A stretch of 63,224 nt of DNA, filler included, from Craspedostauros australis (lineage: Eukaryota), in NCBI GenBank assembly GCA_030167865.1. It is 14 parts of 14 records of this genome, joined end to end, with 100 filler letters (N's around TTAATTAATTAA, not from the genome) between each part and the next. Parts side by side here need not be neighbours in the genome. Positions count along the whole stretch, not along the records: positions 54,533 to 60,670 come from JALAGF010001238.1; positions 60,771 to 61,908 come from JALAGF010001240.1; positions 62,009 to 63,224 come from JALAGF010001247.1; 11 more parts are not named here. One strand, 5' to 3'. The first letter of the stretch is position 1, and each line of letters starts with the position of its first letter. Below the pieces are notes generated by a model. That model ran no database searches. It was not told the DNA's origin and saw only the letters and a list, made by a program, of their open reading frames with translations. Positions 55,677 through 63,224 of the stretch are shown piece by piece. Made by a program: the position numbers and the translations under genes.

Positions 55677-58600
55677 CTTGTTGCTTGATTTGTTGGTTGG
55701 GTTGTGTGTGCAGTTGCTGATTTTATGAGATGAGATGAGACGGCATGACATGAGAAGTGATGGAATCCAAGACTCTTGGGAATGCCCGCAAAATGAATGA
55801 GATCACGCGGATCTCCATCGCAGCAGGAGAGTAAAGTAGCAGGGGATGAAGTCGCATCCTCGAGATGCCAAAAACATGCCGATGACACAAGCTCAAGCAG
55901 GCTTCCCAAGACGTGCCAAGACCGCGCAAAGGCTAAAGAATCAATTTCGAAACTGCACGTGCAACATCAATCAGTCGCCAGGGACTTCGCCTCCCCTGGC
56001 ATTTGGCAACTTGCGGCGAGGGTGAAAATTTGGGCTTGGGTCCTGTTGTTGCGATCGGGATTTGAATCCTTTGGCGGTTACTTTTTTGGCACCAAGCGGG
56101 GAAGAACGACGGGCGGCGGCACCTACTGGTCCATTGCCGCTCCCGAAGGTATCACGTGTCGCTTGTGGTTGTATTGGTTGCCGCGGTAGTCTTCCTGAAG
56201 CGCCTGTTCCACGAGTTCTGGCCTCTTGAATCTCACCAGGTGGACGGTGCCACGATAATAACTGTCCACTCTTGTCACAGCTTTCTCTGTGATGATCACT
56301 TGTCATGTGTCTCTAAACGCAGTGCGTTTCCGTTCTTCCAGCACACTGATGGAAATCGGCCAACATTGCATCTTTCCCGCTTGGGCGCTCTTCCAATTGT
56401 TCGCCCGATGCTAAGTGAAGGAGTGTTGCCAAGTATTCCGTTCACGACAGTTCATAGTCGAACACATCGCACACTAAGTCTCTTGGCGATAGCGATGATG
56501 CAGCCTGTCGCTCTGAGCGCGCTTTGATGTCGTACTATTTGCCGTTGAACATTTGTCTTTGATCTGGGTGCGTCAATCCCTGAGACGACCAAACCTGCCT
56601 GTGCAGTTTGTGAGGAGAGCCGGAGATAAAACAGATGCCCGCCACGACCAAACCTTGCCGCTTTTCTGTGAAACAAGAGTTCACGCGCAACTCCAAACAA
56701 CGCGTTTTCGCTTTTCTTTGCTTGGTTTGGTACCGAGTCCAAAGACGAGTCAACAAACATGGACACCATATGTTTGATCTGTCCTTCATCCCAACTCGCA
56801 TCTCGAAGGACTCAGCAGGCTACGTCGAAGGGACGAGATTAACTCCCTCTGTATCGGATGGTCTACCCTGGCGAGCGCAACGAGATTGAGGACCGTCGCC
56901 ATCGATCTTTAATGACATAGCAGAAATTCCTGTTGTGCTGAGCATCAGAACAGTCTGCATGGGATGAAACATGGTGCGTGCTCATCGGTTGGAGAAACGA
57001 CACAAGGAGGAAATAAACCCATCCAACGAATGCATCATGGTAAACATACTTGGATATGTCTATGCAACTGTCTCTTCGTGGTTGTCTTGAAGCATCTGGG
57101 TTCAAGCAAAAGGAGAGAGTTAACAAGACGACGGAAAAGAATGCAGCAGATCAAGATGAAGTATGAACGGAAGCAGCGGCAAATGCACATTCTATCTCTT
57201 CACAGAATTTCAATACACACATCCAGATGGGACACTCTTCCACGTCGAAACACATAATGTGATCAATCGGCATCTCACCGAAGGCCCCCTTCGCTTCTGT
57301 GGACCAAGGTTGCGAGGCATGCAGACAGAACCGTCCACAACAAGCAGCCTGTGGCACATAGTAGCAAATGTGCAACAAATGCACAACAAGTCAGCGGCTA
57401 TTGTGCCCAGTCCCCGAAGTTGAGCGTCTCTGTTTGGAAGATGACGTTTCTGCACCACCGCGCAAGTGATTGGAACTGTAGTTTTCGGTGGATTGCCTGC
57501 AACGTATTCTACGAACTACCAAAACGGAAACTATGCTCCATACTATTGTATTTTATAATATTATACTCTGCTATATCTCTCCGCTGACTCGATCATCGCC
57601 CTCGTCAGCATCGGCATTCATGTCCACATCTACACCCACATCTACATCCACTTCTGTAGCGGAACCGTTGCTAGTAGCGTTTGCACGATTCGTATGATCG
57701 CGAATGAATCAATTCGATTCTGCTTGGGTGTGGAGTTGAATGTGCGGTTGGATGTATGGTCCATAGATCATACTCTATCTGGAAGCCTGACCACAGAGCT
57801 GATGGTCGGCTTTCACAACCTCGCCGATCCGCAGCGCACTCCTCCACTGAATGTTTGGGCTTTCTATGTTTGGCTGACGAGTGCTCGGTTTGCTCCTTCC
57901 CATCACCGACGCCTCGTCCTAGCTCGCATCACGTTGGGCTGTGTGATGCAATTACATGTCTGCATCCTCGAAGAGTACATATTCCAGAGTGCTCCACTCT
58001 ATGGTACGTTCCCTTGTTCTGTGTCGTCTGCATTGATTGGACTAGCATAATGGTCGCGAAGACGATGGTGGCGGTTACGACGACGACGACGACAACGACG
58101 ACGATGATGATGGGCGCAACCATGCTCCACAAATTGGCGGTTGCGGTTGCGGTACCAGTAGTCGATGGTTGCGATGGACAGCGTTGGACATCACAGATCG
58201 AACACATTTATGCTGAAGACGGTTCACGCACTTCTGCTTCTCTTCGCGTATTTTAGCTCCGGCATCGACTTCTGTGAAGAGTTAAGCTCGCGCAAAGTCA
58301 AAGCTATCGCTTGGGTGATTGTTCAACGAGGGAGCCTCATTGTGATGACACTCGTTCTGTCTCACATTTCTCCGCAAGGTATCCACCATCACGAACGCAT
58401 TTGCAGTCGCTTCACGCTGTGGCATCATCTTATGGGTATTACATCATGAACGGTCATGATCATTCCTTTGTTCATGCTCCTTCAACAAAACAGCCCCCAA
58501 CACGCCAACGATCACATGAAGCAACGCCTGAGGACCTGAGGGAACGACCATCCCACTTGCCGAGGTGGCCTGCGACGTGCTTCGGGATGAATGAACGGGA

Positions 58601-59365
58601 TGAATGAACGGGACGGCGATTCGGGGATGGACACGGTAGCCAAAGAGCTTGAGATTTATTGAACACTCGAACCGACAAGGGACATCCAAACATACAATTG
58701 CATACCAGTACGAATACGTTCACATTTTGATACTCTCTGGTCTCTGCTCTTCACAGATGTGTGTGTGGGTGTGGATGAGTGTAACACGCATTGGAGGAAA
58801 GCTCCAAATTGATGCGAGCCACGAGTGGAGCACCCATCCATCAGGAAATCTCGAGAGTGGATGGCTGCACATGATGTCCACCTTCCGTCTTCTTGCGACT
58901 GCGAGTACTCCCCCGAACGCACAGAGCAATCGCCAACCAGAAGCGCGGATACCCAACCATCCGACTCTTCGTGTCAAGGCTTCCAAAAATGCAACAAGAC
59001 AACAAGGCGACGAACAACATGTTACATTTAACACACATCTGCGTATGATGCAGTGCTTGAACGAGAATAAGACGGAGAGATGCGAAGTCGCGCTGCTATG
59101 TTTGCGAAAGTCGTCTGATCACGCACGCTGTGAACAGATTCCGCGCACCAGATGCTCTTGCATGCGTACTTCGTTCTTCATCCTGTCGCCGATGGTTTCC
59201 CATCACGTTCTTCCCTCCGTCTTGTCAATCCGCAGCTCACAATACCGCCACGAGCACAAACGCAACCGCACAAACCAAACATAAAATCACAACAGCCCAC
59301 AGCAAAAAGACAAACCACCAAGTTACAAAGCAACACAACAGCAACGTAAGCCACATCTCAACATC

Positions 59366-60619
59366 ATGAGCATCTCCACCTCCGAATCCATTGCAGTCGC
59401 AGTCGCAGTCGCGCCATGCCATGAAGCATTTTTCATGGCCAGGCTCGCCATCCCATCCAGCGGAGCCAACCTCAGCAACATTTTGTCCGCTGACGTACTA
59501 CTATCGGCGGTACCACCCGTTGGCAATGCCATCATCAACATCAATGCGACCAACAGCACGAGTACGAGTACGCGTACCCATGACGACCAGGCTCCCATCT
59601 TCACCGAGACCATGTCATCGTCATACTGGATGGTCAGCACAATCTTCACCATCGCCATCTGCCTCCACGCCTACCGTCATTGGCACATTCCCAAGATCAC
59701 GTCAAGAACGCTGGCCATGATCAACCTCGCAATGTGCATGACAGCGATGATCCCTTTCCTCATCTACGTCGTCACGAAGAACTCGTGGAGTGGCGGCGAC
59801 CTCCCCGAGCTGCAGCGGTACCTCATCGATCACCTCCACCTCATCCTCATGTCTCTTTGGGCTGTCGTATCCACCGCGCAGGTTCTCACCGCCATCTTCA
59901 AGGCCTACAGACTGCATTCCATCTTGGGTTGGTTCGCTTTGGACGTGCTCCTCCCAGCCATCATCGTCGAACTCCACACGAACGCTTCCTGGGTCTTCGT
60001 GTCCACCAAATCGGCCGCATTGGCACAAGGACATCTGTTGGCGGACGCCGTCGACCCAACCATGTGGCAGACCGCCCTTTACTCCCTGCCATTCGCCGCA
60101 GCACTGCTCACGCCGACCATGATCGCCATGTTCTGGTGGTTGAGCCGCTCCAGCCTGCACGACACCAAGCGCATTCCCAGCCGCGCCGTGCGTTTCCGAC
60201 TCCACATCACGTACATGACCTTGCTCATGACGACCATCTGCGGCACGGGATTCTCGCGATGGGGCTTTCGCATCGCGTTCCGTATGACGGAGTGTCCTGC
60301 TCATCATCATGACATCATCAGCATCCGCATTCAGCACCTGGCGACCACTCACGGTGCCTGCATGCTGTTGATGGTCGCGACCCTCATCTACATGACGATT
60401 CCAAAGAGCATGAGGCAGCACGGCGAGGCTGTTGCAACATCGGCATCCGAAATGTCCATCAGCACGAGGAACGCCAGCAAGGGGCTGCGACTTTCATTCT
60501 ACGCGTTCCTGATGCACGGACTTTTGCAACTCATCGCAACGCAAGCGATGGACTTTCCATTCGCATTTAAGTGCGATATGCCAGCCATCGACGCCTTCAT
60601 CTCGCAACATGGGCTGTAG
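59366..60619 (+). CDS. Polytopic membrane protein, DUF2306-like His pattern
   Basis: 417-aa ORF with strong coding bias and about 8 hydrophobic segments; LHLIL...AQV...RLHSILGW and RLHITYM...GFSR motifs. Confidence 0.65.
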   Translation: MSISTSESIAVAVAVAPCHEAFFMARLAIPSSGANLSNILSADVLLSAVPPVGNAIININATNSTSTSTRTHDDQAPIFTETMSSSYWMVSTIFTIAICLHAYRHWHIPKITSRTLAMINLAMCMTAMIPFLIYVVTKNSWSGGDLPELQRYLIDHLHLILMSLWAVVSTAQVLTAIFKAYRLHSILGWFALDVLLPAIIVELHTNASWVFVSTKSAALAQGHLLADAVDPTMWQTALYSLPFAAALLTPTMIAMFWWLSRSSLHDTKRIPSRAVRFRLHITYMTLLMTTICGTGFSRWGFRIAFRMTECPAHHHDIISIRIQHLATTHGACMLLMVATLIYMTIPKSMRQHGEAVATSASEMSISTRNASKGLRLSFYAFLMHGLLQLIATQAMDFPFAFKCDMPAIDAFISQHGL

Positions 60620-60770
60620 AGCCGATGAATGCAACGCAAGAGTGAGAGCTGCTCTGCTCTACTCGACTGTNNNNNNNNNNNNNNNNNNNNNNNNNNNNNN
60701 NNNNNNNNNNNNNNTTAATTAATTAANNNNNNNNNNNNNNNNNNNNNNNNNNNNNNNNNNNNNNNNNNNN

Positions 60771-61784
60771 AGACTGCTACTGATCGGCACCTATGTGGAC
60801 GATTGCCTCTGCATCGGAGAGGAGCAGGAATTGAAAAAGCTTGTGAAGGATATCAGAGCGGAACGGTTCGGAGTCAAGGTGGAGGAAGATCTCGAAGACT
60901 ACCTGAGCTGCAAGATCATCTTCAACCACGACAAGACGAACTGTTGGGTGAACCAACCACACATCCTAAAGAACATCATCGATACGTTCGGAAGCGATGT
61001 GTTGAAGCTGCAACGATACGGAACGCCTGGGACACCAGGGCAAGGCATCCAAAGGCAAAGCGATGCACCCAAAGTGGACGAGCAGCGACACAGCAGATAC
61101 CAAAGCGGAGTAGGTATGCTGCTATACCTGGTGAAACACTCTCGACCCGACATCGCCAATGCAGTGCGAGAACTGACCAAAGTGTTGGATGGACCAACGG
61201 CTGCAGCATACAAGGAAATGCTTCGAGTCATGAAGTTCGTATGGGACACGAGAGAATATGGACTGAAGATGAAACCAAGTCCACTGACCCAAGATGCATG
61301 GAAGATTGCAATATACACCGACAGCGAATTCGCAGGTGACAANNNNNNNNNCATCAGCGTAGGAGGGCACATCGTCCTACTACAAGGAGTGCCGATCATA
61401 TGGAGATCAAAGGCACAACGGAGCGTAACACTCAGCTCAACGGAAGCAGAGTACGTCGCCCTGTCGGAGGCAGGAAAGGAAATTCGCTTCGTAACACAAC
61501 TGATGAACGACATCGGACTGAAGATGCACAAACCAGCAGATGTGATGGTTGACAATGTTGGAGCGATCTTCATTGCGTCCAATCCATCAACATCCGCCAG
61601 GACACGGCACATCGACATCCGACATCATTTCATTCGAGAACTGATCGCTAACGGAGAGGCCAGAACCAAATTTGTGCGCTCTGAAGACAACATCGCAGAC
61701 GGCTTCACGAAGAATACCAAAAAGGAGATCTATGAGAAACACAGGGATCACTACATCCAACTGCGTTCCACAATGGATCAGTGA
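60771..61784 (+). mobile_element. Ty1/copia pol C-terminus (RT + RNase H), 5'-partial
   Basis: YVDD, SRPDIANAVRELTK, YTDSEFAGD, LSSTEAEY, VDNVGA, HIDIRHHFIRE and ADGFTK motifs. Confidence 0.95.
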
Positions 61785-61859
61785 CGGAGAGGAGAGGACG
61801 CGAAATTATGAAAAATGTGAGAGAGTGAGTGATGTGTTGTCGATGCGACAATGGAAGGG

Positions 61860-61908
61860 TGTCAGGAATCGAGGGTACGACCCTGTCGGAAAGATACCCA
61901 TGATTGCC
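61860..61908 (+). repeat. Start of the 3' LTR (TGTCAGG...) after a purine tract
   Basis: GGAAGGG (61853-61859) immediately followed by TG, about 75 bp after the pol stop. Confidence 0.6.
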
Positions 61909-62025
61909 NNNNNNNNNNNNNNNNNNNNNNNNNNNNNNNNNNNNNNNNNNNNTTAATTAATTAANNNNNNNNNNNNNNNNNNNNNNNNNNNNNNNNNNNN
62001 NNNNNNNNAATGGGGGACAGTCGCC

Positions 62026-63224
62026 ATGATAGTCAGCCGCATGCGGGCACAGTCCAGCCCGAACCGCAACGGACCCACCAATGCCGGAATCTCGAGATCG
62101 GATGATTCGACCGGCCAACACCACCACCTGGGGCACCAGACCAACGACAAGCCAACCACACAAATCAGGATTGCCACCCTCAACGCAGGCGGCATTCCAC
62201 CAGACAAAACCGACCCAAAAAATGATGATCTGTGGCAGACCATCAAGCAGCATCAAGTGGATGTACTCCTGCTGACAGAAGTGGGTATCAACTGGAGCAA
62301 GACACCCACAGATGCAACCTTGTGCCGCAGAGCAGAACAGCACCTGAAGATGACGAAAACGAACACAGCGCACTGCCAAACCCAGTCCAACAGCCCGAGA
62401 CAATGGGGAGGCACAGCGATTGTTGTGCATGGGAAGATAGCTGGCCGAGTACTCTCGCGCGACAGCGACCCTGAGAAATGCGGCAGATGGGCAAGCGTCC
62501 TTCTCCAAGGAAAGCATGGCATCAAAGTACGCACAGTCGCAGTGTACATTCCCACCAAATCCACACAGACCGCGGGAACNNNNNNNNNNNNNNNNNNNNN
62601 NNNNNNNNNNNNNNNNNNNNNNNNNNNNNNNNNNNNNNNNNNNNNNNNNCAAGACCTGCGCACACAAATTGAACAATGGCGACACGCAGGAGAGTCCATC
62701 ATCGTCGGCGGCGACGTCAACATGGACGTTCGGCGATCGAAGATCACTGACATGCTGACGGCCGCAGGGCTACACGAACACCACACCAACGCAATCGACC
62801 GACCCTACGCAACCATGATAAGAAACCGGAGCCACGTTCCCATCGACGGCATCTGGACCACCAGCGACGTGAAGCCCAACCAGCTTGGAGCAACGGCGTA
62901 CGGCTGCTGGGACCACCGGATGGTGTGGATGGACATCGGAGAAAGCAATCTCTTTGGGCCAACCAAACAACCCACCACACCATTCCGAGGACGCAGGCTC
63001 CAGATGAGCCAACCATCCACAGTACGCAAGTACAAGGCGGAATACACGGCGCAGGCCAAGAAGCTCCAGCTGCTTCACCGAGCGCGCGAGCTGGACACTG
63101 CCATAGGAGCGGGGCCAGTCACAGCATCCCAAGCGCAGCAGCTAGAGAAATTGGACAACGACCGGATCACAGCGATGCTGCAAGCAGAAAGCAAGTGTAG
63201 AAGAGTGCGAGCAGGAAAGGTCCC
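62026..63224 (+). mobile_element. Ambal-type non-LTR ORF2 N-terminus (APE endonuclease), runs off the window end; absent from the ORF track
   Basis: RIATLNAGG, LLTEVGINW, QWGGT, GRWAS, VYIPT, IIVGGDVN, IDGIW, WDHR and FRGRRLQ, colinear with ORF2 at 35496-41147. The frame is preserved across the N gap. Confidence 0.9.

Noticed and set aside
55800..59300. Many short ORFs in 55.8-59.3 kb (also 29.5-31.3, 46.4-48.2 and 49.9-51.4 kb)
   Set aside because: No coding bias, domain motif or consistent splice pattern. Treated as intergenic or decayed sequence with simple repeats.
15744..62008. Thirteen regularly recurring TTAATTAATTAA palindromes, as a biological repeat or piggyBac TTAA sites
   Set aside because: Always centred in exactly 44+44 Ns, with stops in all six frames: an assembly-joining linker. 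ORFs ending in X...LIN or X...N are artefacts, and gene neighbourhoods across linkers are not real.

Overview
Eukaryotic DNA, most likely a diatom or a related stramenopile, judged from GT-AG introns of about 200-390 bp, diatom-type copia elements and Ambal-type non-LTR elements. It is not one locus. Thirteen identical 100-bp spacers (N44-TTAATTAATTAA-N44) join 14 unrelated contigs, so adjacency across a spacer means nothing. Host genes I can reconstruct, with splice junctions where needed: a SUMO-like+BTB protein, a GDPD, a RING-H2 protein with five SAP-like repeats, an equilibrative nucleoside transporter, a GH35 beta-galactosidase, a single-pass EF-hand membrane protein, an AlkA-type glycosylase, a GT-A glycosyltransferase-like protein, a secreted spondin-domain protein and a polytopic membrane protein. 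Roughly half the window is mobile DNA. It includes a near-full-length Ambal-type element (ORF1 plus APE-RT-RNase H-CCHC ORF2), two further Ambal-type fragments, several Ty1/copia fragments (one triple nest), and the ends of a CAC-terminated repeat that looks like a DNA transposon. The strongest leads are: (i) ORF2 of the complete non-LTR element has no AUG before its endonuclease motifs, but has a CUG where a relative in this window has an overlapping AUGA; (ii) a copia Pol carries an extra folded-looking segment of about 270 aa between integrase and RT; (iii) the non-LTR element sits 57 bp inside another family's LTR; (iv) the CAC-terminated repeat family. All family assignments come from recognising motifs by eye; no searches were run.
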